From: a virus
Taxonomy: Duplodnaviria > Caudoviricetes
DNA length: 58,919 nt
Virus record (IMG/VR): IMGVR_UViG_3300022871_000577
Location: 1 to 58,919 of that record
Direction: 5' to 3' (one strand)
The notes beneath the pieces were generated by a model. It was not told the origin of the DNA. It was given only the letters and a program-made list of their open reading frames with translations, and did no database searches. The position numbers were made by a program, and so were the translations under genes. The stretch's first letter is position 1, and each line of letters opens with the position of its first letter. Of the stretch, positions 29,030-36,984 are shown piece after piece.

Positions 29030-29389
29030 TCACCCCTCCTTAGTCAGTTCATCTAAATTATTCTGCCTGTCTTTAATTTCTAGCTCTAATCTCTTTATTT
29101 CAGCTTTTTTAAATTCTTCTTTTTGAGTCTTCTCTCTTTCTGATTTTTGAGTTAATGTTTCAGATGGAATTGCTGTAAAAAATTTACTACCTTTATCGCT
29201 TGGTCTAACTGTCATAGCATCAAATCCCATTCTTTTACTCAATCTTTCCCAAGCCCTATTAGCATTTTCTTGAGGTGATGAAAAAGCATTATTCACTCCA
29301 TTAAAAGATATGCAAGGAACAGGTTTGCAGTTCTCTAAAATTTTCTTTAAATCAGTTTTACTCATTTCATATTCTACTCTTGAATTCAT
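29030..29389 (-). CDS. hypothetical protein
   Basis: 119 aa ORF with strong RBS. Confidence 0.65.
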   Translation of the reverse strand: MNSRVEYEMSKTDLKKILENCKPVPCISFNGVNNAFSSPQENANRAWERLSKRMGFDAMTVRPSDKGSKFFTAIPSETLTQKSEREKTQKEEFKKAEIKRLELEIKDRQNNLDELTKEG

Positions 29390-29403
29390 ATCCTCACTCC
29401 TCC

Positions 29404-29724
29404 TTAATCAGCTACGTTTTTATGACTCTCTGTGTAATAATCATATTCCTGTTGTTTATCTATTTCCCAAATTCCAGGACTTAACGTAATGTTGTCATGG
29501 CGTTCTTTAACGACACATCTAACATCTGTTTCTACATCATTTTTTAGATACAGAACTCCATCTTGCTCGTAAAATTCCACTCCATCTTTAATGTCTATAA
29601 CATGATGATTGCCTGAAACTTCTGACTCAGCTATAATATGATACTGACCTTTTATCGTAACTTTTTTTGCTGATTTTGGAATACTATTTACTTTTCTTAA
29701 GGAAACTTCGCCGTGTAGTACCAT
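29404..29724 (-). CDS. conserved partner protein of DUF6745-type genes
   Basis: HGEV...AESEVSGNHH...HDNITLSPGIWEI..QQEY; GGAGGTG RBS. Confidence 0.65.
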   Translation of the reverse strand: MVLHGEVSLRKVNSIPKSAKKVTIKGQYHIIAESEVSGNHHVIDIKDGVEFYEQDGVLYLKNDVETDVRCVVKERHDNITLSPGIWEIDKQQEYDYYTESHKNVAD

Positions 29725-29733
29725 TTTCACCTC

Positions 29734-31008
29734 CTATTTAATGTTGGTTAATGTATCGTTCTTGCCTTTTAGTCTATACTGAATCGCTTTTGGTAAAGTA
29801 TCACTTTGAGGACTTACTGCTTCAACGTGGAAAACTCCATCAACGCTGAGATTTTTCATACGCAAATGATAGGCGTGGTCCAAGTTAAATAAGCTCCCCA
29901 AATCCCATAACTCATATTCTGATTTTTTCCACCATTCTTGATTGTGATTTTTCCAATCGTCTATTTTATTTCCTAGTGTAAGTAATCTATCCACACCATA
30001 CTTGCGTACAAACTCTGTTCTAACGTCTGCGTTCTGTTCTTTCTTAAAAAATTCAATATCTAATAGCTCCGACGATGTTTCGGCTAGATATTTTGGAACA
30101 GCTATTCCGTTAAGCATATGCAGCCCATACCCATCGGAATATTCTAAAGCCATTCCTCCGTCTTTATGTAATTGCCCCCTTTCATTTAATTCTAGTTTAT
30201 TTGGTTTTTCACATACAAACACTATGTTCTTGAATGTATAGCACCACCCACAAGAACAAGCTAAGTCATACCAGATATCAAATATCTTGAAGTTTTCATC
30301 GTATGGCAATAATCCATACTTTTCAAAATATTTGTGATAAGCTATCCAGTTGATATCGTGCTGACACCACGAATATGTTTCAATGTTTTCTAATTTGGTA
30401 TTATTGATGTTATCCCTGATGTTATCCCTGATGTTAGCCCTGATGTTAGCCCCGGTGTTATCCCAGATGTTATCCCAGATGTTCTCCCTGATGTTATCCC
30501 AGATGTTATCCCCGATGTTCTCCACGATGTTAGCCCTGATGTTATCCCTGATGTTATCCCTGATGTTAGCCCTGATGTTATCCCTGATGTTATCCCCGAT
30601 GTTCTCCACGATGTTCTCCACGATGTTATCCCTGATGTTCTCCCTGATGTTCTCCCCGATGTTCTCCCCGATGTTCTCCCCGATGTTAGCCCTGATGTTA
30701 TCCCTGATGTTAGCCCCGATGTTCTCCCAGATGTTATCCCTGATGTTATCCCCGATGTTATCCCCTTTATCTACAACTTTAAATGCTTTAACAATCTCTG
30801 GAAAAATATTAATTATAATTTGAGCCTGTAAAGGACTTTGACAATACCAAAATTTAGGCTTATCTTTTTTTAATATCTTATAGAATTTATTCCAAGACTC
30901 TTCCGTAACTTTTTTATTGATAGATGATGTGTCTCTCCCAATCTTTAAACAATATTCTCGCCATTCGGCGATACCGTATTTTTGTTTCTTAGTTAATTTA
31001 TCTTTCAT
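29734..31008 (-). CDS. DUF6745-like protein with tetrapeptide-repeat insert
   Basis: SPLQA, QHDINW, CGWCY...CEKP...LHKDGGMALEYSDG...NGIAVP, NADVR. Confidence 0.7.
   Translation of the reverse strand: MKDKLTKKQKYGIAEWREYCLKIGRDTSSINKKVTEESWNKFYKILKKDKPKFWYCQSPLQAQIIINIFPEIVKAFKVVDKGDNIGDNIRDNIWENIGANIRDNIRANIGENIGENIGENIRENIRDNIVENIVENIGDNIRDNIRANIRDNIRDNIRANIVENIGDNIWDNIRENIWDNIWDNTGANIRANIRDNIRDNINNTKLENIETYSWCQHDINWIAYHKYFEKYGLLPYDENFKIFDIWYDLACSCGWCYTFKNIVFVCEKPNKLELNERGQLHKDGGMALEYSDGYGLHMLNGIAVPKYLAETSSELLDIEFFKKEQNADVRTEFVRKYGVDRLLTLGNKIDDWKNHNQEWWKKSEYELWDLGSLFNLDHAYHLRMKNLSVDGVFHVEAVSPQSDTLPKAIQYRLKGKNDTLTNIK
30406..30765 (-). repeat. 30 x 12-bp tandem coding repeat, (G/R/W/V)(D/E/A)NI
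   Basis: Plus-strand unit GATGTT(ATC/CTC/AGC)(CCT/CCC/CCA/CAC); 360 bp. Confidence 0.95.
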
Positions 31009-31012
31009 ATCC

Positions 31013-31231
31013 TCACTCCTTAGTTAAAATTACTTCTTCCTTACAAATAGAGTCATCAAAATAACATAAATTCTTTTCAGCTTCTTTTAATGTTGAGAAA
31101 CTGTCTGTGCAACTAGCACCACACAAACTATTTAACCAAGCATCACGCCAGCCAAGCAACCATCCTTTTTGTTGGATAACATAACATACTCGATTGTCTA
31201 CACAAATTCGTTTAATAATTCTACACTTCAT
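31013..31231 (-). CDS. hypothetical protein
   Basis: 72 aa ORF bounded by junction repeats. Confidence 0.6.
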   Translation of the reverse strand: MKCRIIKRICVDNRVCYVIQQKGWLLGWRDAWLNSLCGASCTDSFSTLKEAEKNLCYFDDSICKEEVILTKE

Positions 31232-31246
31232 TTCTCACTCTCCTTG

Positions 31247-31441
31247 TTAAACTAAAAGATTTTTCTCTTTTAAATAATCTAAAACTGCTCTAGCTGTGTA
31301 TCTATCTGCTAATTTTACTTTATATTCAAGTTTTGAATAATCTCCTTTAGTCCAATATTCTTTGCCCTTAATATCAATACAATATTGACAGTATGCTTTA
31401 TGAACTCTTTCACATATATTTTCAAAATCACATGCATTCAT
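31247..31441 (-). CDS. hypothetical protein
   Basis: 64 aa ORF bounded by junction repeats. Confidence 0.6.
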   Translation of the reverse strand: MNACDFENICERVHKAYCQYCIDIKGKEYWTKGDYSKLEYKVKLADRYTARAVLDYLKEKNLLV

Positions 31442-31445
31442 ATCC

Positions 31446-31784
31446 TCACTCCTTAGTTAGTTCATCTTGTTTTTGGCAGATTGCTTTGGCTAAGAACTTA
31501 CAATGTCTCTCTAAGATACCTCTTTCTCCCTCAAGACTGTCCCAATAATGGTCTGTCATTATCTCCTCTATCTCCTTGCAAGAGGGTAGGGAACTTACGC
31601 TGATAAAATCTTCCTGACATTTCTCTGTCCACTTCTCCCAATCATCACACGCATATCCCTCATTACAAATATCATCACCAGTATGAGAACACATTTCGTT
31701 TTTTGATTTCTTTAATTTTTCTATATAACAAATTAATCCAATAATAATCAGAACTTGTATAAATGGAATAATAGCTTCAATCAT
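31446..31784 (-). CDS. hypothetical protein with N-terminal TM helix
   Basis: Hydrophobic N-terminus; Cys-rich; ends DELTKE. Confidence 0.55.
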   Translation of the reverse strand: MIEAIIPFIQVLIIIGLICYIEKLKKSKNEMCSHTGDDICNEGYACDDWEKWTEKCQEDFISVSSLPSCKEIEEIMTDHYWDSLEGERGILERHCKFLAKAICQKQDELTKE

Positions 31785-32509
31785 TTTATCCTTCTTTCAT
31801 CTAACAAGTTCATCATCTTAGCCAGAATTGTAATATAAACTAAGTCTATTGATAATAATAGAATCATATTTACTGGTATTTTATTACCATACGCTGAGAT
31901 AAACCATACTGCAATAATCGCTACCTGAGCTATCATTAATGCCCAGAATGAGATACCAATTAAATACTTGTAAAATCTATCAGACATCTTTCTGCGTAAT
32001 GGAAATATCCAAAGATAACCGCCATCAAGTGCAGGTATTGGTAACATATTAAATACGAATAATGTACTATTTAGAAATGCTGTATAGAATAATATTATGT
32101 TAAAGTTCTCTACACGAACATAGCTAATAGCACCTGTAAAGAAATACGCACACATAGAATAATCTATATAAATACCTTTAAGAATAGAGCCATAGTGAAT
32201 TAGATAGCATACAAAAGCGATTGATAGATTCATCGCAACACCAGCCATTAAAATAATACATTGTTTCCAATAAGCTATATTCGTCAAACTATTCATTACA
32301 GTTAAAGACTCCTCTATCTCGCAGTAACCGCCTAATGGTAATAAAGATAATCTCCAGTCAATCTTACCTATCTTCTTGTGTAGTAGTACGGGACCGAAGC
32401 CTATCGAGAAAGCACTCACAGGAACCTTAAAGTAGAGTGATGCTAAAAGATGACTCAATTCGTGTAAGATTACTGAACCCAAAAGTATTGCAACATATAG
32501 TATCCACAT
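31781..32509 (-). CDS. site-2 protease, peptidase M50 (RseP-like, no PDZ)
   Basis: HELSH, FSIGFGP, LPLGGY, AGVAMN, NMLPIPALDGG. Confidence 0.9.
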   Translation of the reverse strand: MWILYVAILLGSVILHELSHLLASLYFKVPVSAFSIGFGPVLLHKKIGKIDWRLSLLPLGGYCEIEESLTVMNSLTNIAYWKQCIILMAGVAMNLSIAFVCYLIHYGSILKGIYIDYSMCAYFFTGAISYVRVENFNIILFYTAFLNSTLFVFNMLPIPALDGGYLWIFPLRRKMSDRFYKYLIGISFWALMIAQVAIIAVWFISAYGNKIPVNMILLLSIDLVYITILAKMMNLLDERRIK

Positions 32510-32512
32510 AAG

Positions 32513-32638
32513 TTAAATCCTCTCCTTTAGATGATTAAGTATATCTATAATTTTACATAGAGCCAATGGAACTGAGACTACTACTATAAAAGTTAAAATT
32601 TCTATGACCTTAAACATGCTTATTTTAAAATTTTTCAT
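32513..32638 (-). CDS. small membrane protein (41 aa, not in ORF track)
   Basis: MKNFKISMFKVIEILTFIVVVSVPLALCKII...; fills gap. Confidence 0.45.
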   Translation of the reverse strand: MKNFKISMFKVIEILTFIVVVSVPLALCKIIDILNHLKERI

Positions 32639-32647
32639 AAGTGTATT

Positions 32648-33307
32648 CTATTTCGTAACACAGCGTTTATACAACGTATTTAACCACTCACTATTCTCTG
32701 AGAAATTATAATCTAAATTAGTCGGCATTAATGCTAGTATCATTTCATTATTATAGGGTTCTTTTCCTATGATATACCATTTACGATATTCTTTAATATA
32801 ATTATAAAATAGTACATATGCACTAGCTTCTTTACAATAGTCTTTAACATCAATAGGTAAATTATATTTTTTAATCTTCACTATTGCTCTTCTTTCACAG
32901 TCTAATTCTAAATCTCTAACTATCTCTGCATATTTAGCTATGACGTTTTTACTTCTTTTAATCTTCTTATTCTCTACCCAATTAAATAATAACGTGCAGG
33001 CATCACTTCTACCTACAGTTAAAGCAGTCCAGTATTTACTCTTCTCTCTCCATTGGTCAAAATGACAAGATTCATGCACTAGAGTTCTTAACCACTTTTT
33101 ACTGCCAAAAGCACAAGCTAAAATACCTCTATTCTTTGTGCAACCTTCAAAGAAACCATTAGATTTACTTCCACTCCAATCAACGTACTTATCTAATGAC
33201 ATACGAAATAAAACATTATGCTCAAATAAAGTCTTTGATAAATCTTTAAGAAACTTATCTGTATTTTTATTGTGAGTTCTAATATTATATATTTGTGTTA
33301 TTTTCAT
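32648..33307 (-). CDS. hypothetical protein with HExxH zinc-metallopeptidase motif
   Basis: LVHESCHFDQW...ELDCE. Confidence 0.6.
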   Translation of the reverse strand: MKITQIYNIRTHNKNTDKFLKDLSKTLFEHNVLFRMSLDKYVDWSGSKSNGFFEGCTKNRGILACAFGSKKWLRTLVHESCHFDQWREKSKYWTALTVGRSDACTLLFNWVENKKIKRSKNVIAKYAEIVRDLELDCERRAIVKIKKYNLPIDVKDYCKEASAYVLFYNYIKEYRKWYIIGKEPYNNEMILALMPTNLDYNFSENSEWLNTLYKRCVTK

Positions 33308-33459
33308 TTTTTTAATCTCTTTTTGACTGCTTTAGCTAATATCCCACCATATTCATAAATCATAAGCTTAACAATATATTTAACATCAGAGTCATTCATT
33401 GCCTTAACCATAATTCTTTCAAGCTCTGCTTTACTAGGGTCTTTATACTTCTTTGTCAT
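33304..33459 (-). CDS. hypothetical protein (51 aa, not in ORF track)
   Basis: MTKKYKDPSKAELERIM...; ATGA overlap with next gene. Confidence 0.5.
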   Translation of the reverse strand: MTKKYKDPSKAELERIMVKAMNDSDVKYIVKLMIYEYGGILAKAVKKRLKK

Positions 33460-33739
33460 TTATTTTCCTTACATTATACCAAACAATATGTGTGAATTCC
33501 TTAGGCATTGCTACTGTAGGAACTTTAACTTCTGTAAATGTATTTGTTTTATAATCATAGAGATTACTTTTTCCTGTTACATGATGAGTAAATACTGTGA
33601 TATTTGACTCTTGCGTTTTTGTTGCAAAATGACCATATCCTTCGTTGTCTTTAAATATACCCTCTTTTGCAAACTGTTTCCATGTAGACAATTTTAGATG
33701 TAATCCTACTTTTGAAATTTCTGTTCCTATCCATTCCAT
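33443..33739 (-). CDS. hypothetical protein
   Basis: 98 aa; DNEGYGHFAT and FTHIVWYN. Confidence 0.6.
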   Translation of the reverse strand: MEWIGTEISKVGLHLKLSTWKQFAKEGIFKDNEGYGHFATKTQESNITVFTHHVTGKSNLYDYKTNTFTEVKVPTVAMPKEFTHIVWYNVRKINDKEV

Positions 33740-33753
33740 ATCTAAGCCTTTCT

Positions 33754-33978
33754 TTAGTCAACATAATGTAAGTAATCATAAACAATCGAATCTAAAGTTG
33801 CCTCTGTTTGCTTATGACATATAAGTAAATGCAATGCTGTATCAATCGAGTCTACCTGCAATATCAACTCATAAATTCTATCTGTCTCTACTAAGTTAAA
33901 ATAGTAGTGTAATACTTTAGAAATTTTATGAACATCTTTTTTCTTTAATGTATTTAATATTTGTCTTGGATATATCAT
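33754..33978 (-). CDS. hypothetical protein
   Basis: 74 aa ORF in tightly packed operon. Confidence 0.5.
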   Translation of the reverse strand: MIYPRQILNTLKKKDVHKISKVLHYYFNLVETDRIYELILQVDSIDTALHLLICHKQTEATLDSIVYDYLHYVD

Positions 33979-34133
33979 TTGTTTTTCATCTTTAGTAATG
34001 CTCTATAAAATAGATTTCTCTTTCTGAAGCGTTCGATAGCATCAGAGATTGTCTCAATATATTTCAAGGTATCTTCTGAGCCGTCATCTGCAATTTGAAT
34101 CATCATACTCTGTAAAGCTGTATAGTGTTCCAT
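33975..34133 (-). CDS. hypothetical protein (52 aa, not in ORF track)
   Basis: MEHYTALQSMMIQIADDG...; ATGA overlap. Confidence 0.5.
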   Translation of the reverse strand: MEHYTALQSMMIQIADDGSEDTLKYIETISDAIERFRKRNLFYRALLKMKNK

Positions 34134-34134
34134 A

Positions 34135-34524
34135 TTATTTACTCTCTAGTTTATATGCAGGTTGTAATTTAATATTATCATCGTCATCTGTTAGAGAAAC
34201 TTCCATAATAATACTTTGATGAGATAATGACTTAAATTTATGAATTGTTAAAGGATTAATTCTGAATTTATCTCCTGCATCTAAAACAGTTCTTTTGTTC
34301 TCAGTTGTCTCAGTAGCGTATTCAAGTTCTACTGTTCCTTGTAATATAATAAATGTTTCATCTTTTCTTTCGTGATAGTGCCAGCTGGAAGAGAAACCTC
34401 TATTTAATATCAATAACTTATTGCAGTATAATTCGTTATTCTCTATCCAAAGTTCATATCCCCAGAGATGGTCGTATTTTTCTCCTTTAAATGTTGCTAT
34501 GAAAGAGTTTATTTGTTTGCTCAT
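34135..34524 (-). CDS. cupin-domain protein (sugar-isomerase-like)
   Basis: WGYELW...YCNK...SWHYHERKDETF...H.F...EVS. Confidence 0.8.
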   Translation of the reverse strand: MSKQINSFIATFKGEKYDHLWGYELWIENNELYCNKLLILNRGFSSSWHYHERKDETFIILQGTVELEYATETTENKRTVLDAGDKFRINPLTIHKFKSLSHQSIIMEVSLTDDDDNIKLQPAYKLESK

Positions 34525-34682
34525 TTTCCTCTACCTCCACACCAATCACAAACAGTACCTAATCCAGAGTCCCATTCGTGATGACAACTATCGCAATGAA
34601 GTATTTGAGGTGTTACTGATTGAACTGCGTGTAATCTTTTGATAATATCGTCTACAATTTTCTCTACTGATTCGTCGCTCAT
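34521..34682 (-). CDS. small zinc-ribbon protein (53 aa, not in ORF track)
   Basis: HCDSCHHEW...VCDWCGG; ATGA overlaps at both ends. Confidence 0.65.
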   Translation of the reverse strand: MSDESVEKIVDDIIKRLHAVQSVTPQILHCDSCHHEWDSGLGTVCDWCGGRGK

Positions 34683-34837
34683 TTTATATCCTTTAATTGT
34701 GATTCTAAAACTATCTGTTCTTTATCATTCTTATCTCTAACTAAATACATCTTCATATCAAGATGATAAATATAAGCAGATTCCTTTATTGTTACTGTTT
34801 CATTTGTCTCTATAAGACATGCTGTTTTATTTTTCAT
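34679..34837 (-). CDS. hypothetical protein (52 aa, not in ORF track)
   Basis: MKNKTACLIETNETVTIKE...; GAGG RBS. Confidence 0.5.
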   Translation of the reverse strand: MKNKTACLIETNETVTIKESAYIYHLDMKMYLVRDKNDKEQIVLESQLKDIK

Positions 34838-35006
34838 TATTAACCTCGTTAGTGTTTTTAATGATTAATGTTGAGTGTTTGCATCTAGACCTCGTGCATA
34901 TGTAAAAATAGATATTACTAGAACCGTTTTTAAGATGGTCGTCTAGCTTTCGAGTTTTACTTCCACATTTAGAACAAAGAACATTATCGCTTTTCTTTTC
35001 TTTCAT
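34827..35006 (-). CDS. small zinc-finger protein (59 aa, Ogr/Delta-like Cys spacing), probably leaderless
   Basis: CSKCGSK...YFYICTRSRCKH; ATG 6 nt after the -10 box. Confidence 0.6.
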   Translation of the reverse strand: MKEKKSDNVLCSKCGSKTRKLDDHLKNGSSNIYFYICTRSRCKHSTLIIKNTNEVNNEK

Positions 35007-35012
35007 AGTCTA

Positions 35013-35049
35013 AGTATAGCACACTTTCAGCTATTTGTCAAGTTTTATT
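35013..35049 (-). promoter_or_regulatory. sigma70-type promoter
   Basis: AATAAAAC TTGACA (35041-35036), 17-nt spacer ending TGC, TATACT (35018-35013). Confidence 0.85.
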
Positions 35050-35555
35050 TTTTCTTTTAAATCTTTTTGTCTCTTTGTAATGTACGCTGAAGTTAATCGT
35101 TTCACTATGACATCGTGTAACTTAGTCGACCTATGCTCTGTCAATTTTTTAGGTGTGCGTATTGTTTTAACTAAGCTCTCTAATTCATAGATATTATTCA
35201 GTTCACACATTTTATTCCACTTATCTTCTTTAAAAACTAATATACCGTATTTTGAATTTGTTTGGTCTACCCATTTTTTAGCTTCTTCTAATAAAGATTC
35301 TGGAACACACATAATAAAGTATGTTGCATTTAGATATGTATTACGTCTATTATAATGTTTTCTTTTTCTAGCCTCACCTTGCCATAAATCAGATTTACTA
35401 ATTTTTATCTCTATGTCGTAGAAGCCTTTATCAGATTCAACCAAGACATCACTCTTACCATTATTACAGTAGGCCTCATCTACACATAGCATCTGTCGTC
35501 TAAATCTATAATAAGATAATACTGCTGTTTTGATGATGTCTGCTGATAGTTTCAT
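35031..35555 (-). CDS. PD-(D/E)xK nuclease-like protein (MmcB-like)
   Basis: SDVL...DIEIKISKSDL...YFIMCVP...YGIL. Confidence 0.65.
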   Translation of the reverse strand: MKLSADIIKTAVLSYYRFRRQMLCVDEAYCNNGKSDVLVESDKGFYDIEIKISKSDLWQGEARKRKHYNRRNTYLNATYFIMCVPESLLEEAKKWVDQTNSKYGILVFKEDKWNKMCELNNIYELESLVKTIRTPKKLTEHRSTKLHDVIVKRLTSAYITKRQKDLKEKIKLDK

Positions 35556-35848
35556 TACAGTCTATTTCTGAAGTCAAAGTCAGGCGGTTCTATATCCGGT
35601 TTATCCTCTTCATCAAATAACTCTTTCTCAAAATCTTCTTCTTTATAAAATGTTTCCTCTTCTTTTACAAACTGTTTTTCTTCTTCTATAGTTTTTAATT
35701 TAGAAACTACCGAAATAATAGGCATTGCTCCACCATCTATGCTAATTGTTATTATAGAGGGAGTTAATCTACTCGTAATTAATTCATGTTTTCTCAAAAC
35801 TCGAATAATATCTTGCTCAAATAATAGTGTCTCATAATCTTTTTTCAT
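35555..35848 (-). CDS. hypothetical protein, acidic C-terminus
   Basis: 97 aa ORF with RBS. Confidence 0.55.
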   Translation of the reverse strand: MKKDYETLLFEQDIIRVLRKHELITSRLTPSIITISIDGGAMPIISVVSKLKTIEEEKQFVKEEETFYKEEDFEKELFDEEDKPDIEPPDFDFRNRL

Positions 35849-35861
35849 CTCTATCCTCTTT

Positions 35862-36803
35862 CTACAAATGACTATTTAGTTCGTCTAAAGTACAGACATC
35901 TGCACCGCTTTTACACGCAACAATACCGGCAGTTTTATTAGCAAGATATGCACTTTTTTCTAAACTTAGACCGTTCGATAAACCTAAAGTGAATGTGGCG
36001 ATTAATGTATCACCGCAACCTGTTACATCAACAATTTCTTTTCTTTCTGCTTTTAAATGATTGCTAACAACATCATCTGCATAATATAAACCGTTCTCAC
36101 TTAATGTTATAAGCACATTATTAAACCTGAACATTATCAATAACTCTTTGGCGAGTTCAAAGGAATCTTTATAATCATATATTTTAGTTTTAAAGATATT
36201 CTCTAACTCCTTTAAATTAGGCGTAATAGAGGTATAATTAGAAAAACAAGTAATATCTCTTTTCTTTGTATCAACTGTAATAATCTTATCTTCTTTTAAA
36301 GCAAGTTCTCCTATAAATACTGCGAGTTCTTCATTAATCATACCCTTATTATAATCAGATACTATTATTGCATCAAAATATTTGACATGTCTAACTAAAT
36401 TTTCCTTTACCTCTTTTAATTTAAAATTATTAAAACAAATATGTTCTCTATCAACTCTCAGTAGATGCTGATTATCTGCTATGTATCTTGTCTTTTTTGT
36501 CGTGATAACCTTTTTATCTGCGATTAATAAATTTGTATTGATTTTATTGTCTTGTAATAACTCTGTAACCCGAGTACCTGCAATATCTTTGCCTATTTTT
36601 CCTATAATCCAAACATTAGAACCTAAAGCTGTTAGATTTTTAGCCACATTAGCACAACCACCTAACTTATATTCACCTGATTGTTTATTCAATATAGGAA
36701 CAGGCGCTTCTGGAGAGATGCGTGATACTGAGCCTCTAACATACTTGTCAAGCATTAAATCCCCTATGACAAGTATATTCTTTTTATTTAATTTATTTTT
36801 CAT
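35862..36803 (-). CDS. rfaE1: D-glycero-D-manno-heptose-7-phosphate kinase (RfaE/HldE domain I, PfkB family)
   Basis: GDLMLDKY..GSVSRISPEAPVP, GGCANVAKN, KTR, SDYNKG, TPNLKE, DVTGCGDT. Confidence 0.9.
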   Translation of the reverse strand: MKNKLNKKNILVIGDLMLDKYVRGSVSRISPEAPVPILNKQSGEYKLGGCANVAKNLTALGSNVWIIGKIGKDIAGTRVTELLQDNKINTNLLIADKKVITTKKTRYIADNQHLLRVDREHICFNNFKLKEVKENLVRHVKYFDAIIVSDYNKGMINEELAVFIGELALKEDKIITVDTKKRDITCFSNYTSITPNLKELENIFKTKIYDYKDSFELAKELLIMFRFNNVLITLSENGLYYADDVVSNHLKAERKEIVDVTGCGDTLIATFTLGLSNGLSLEKSAYLANKTAGIVACKSGADVCTLDELNSHL

Positions 36804-36969
36804 TTTCTTTTATAATCGTTTTGTTAATTGTTTTTAAAATAAACATACAATAAAGACTGATTGCTTTTATCTTTTCAGATTCGCTATCGTCAGTATTAAT
36901 TATTTTCATAACAGCAATCATTGGTCCCTTGACTGCCTTAATAAGAACTTTCTCTATTTTATCGTCCAT
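36793..36969 (-). CDS. hypothetical protein (58 aa, not in ORF track)
   Basis: MDDKIEKVLIKAVKGPMIAVMKI...; fills gap. Confidence 0.45.
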   Translation of the reverse strand: MDDKIEKVLIKAVKGPMIAVMKIINTDDSESEKIKAISLYCMFILKTINKTIIKENEK

Positions 36970-36984
36970 AATATATTCTTTCTG

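Larger units (their letters stand above)
28804..31466 (-). repeat. dispersed gene-junction repeat, consensus ACTRACTAAGGAGTGAGGATATG
   Basis: Copies at 28804-28827, 29026-29055, 29387-29411, 31006-31030, 31229-31252, 31439-31466; GGAGTGAGGATATG exact in three. Confidence 0.75.

Noticed and set aside
30406-30765. Repeat array as CRISPR or DGR variable region
   Set aside because: Units are contiguous 12-mers with no spacers; adenines in AACATC are invariant; no reverse transcriptase or cas operon in the window.
30383-30823. Plus-strand ORF of MLSL repeats
   Set aside because: Antisense reading of the 12-bp coding repeat; no RBS, opposite to operon direction.
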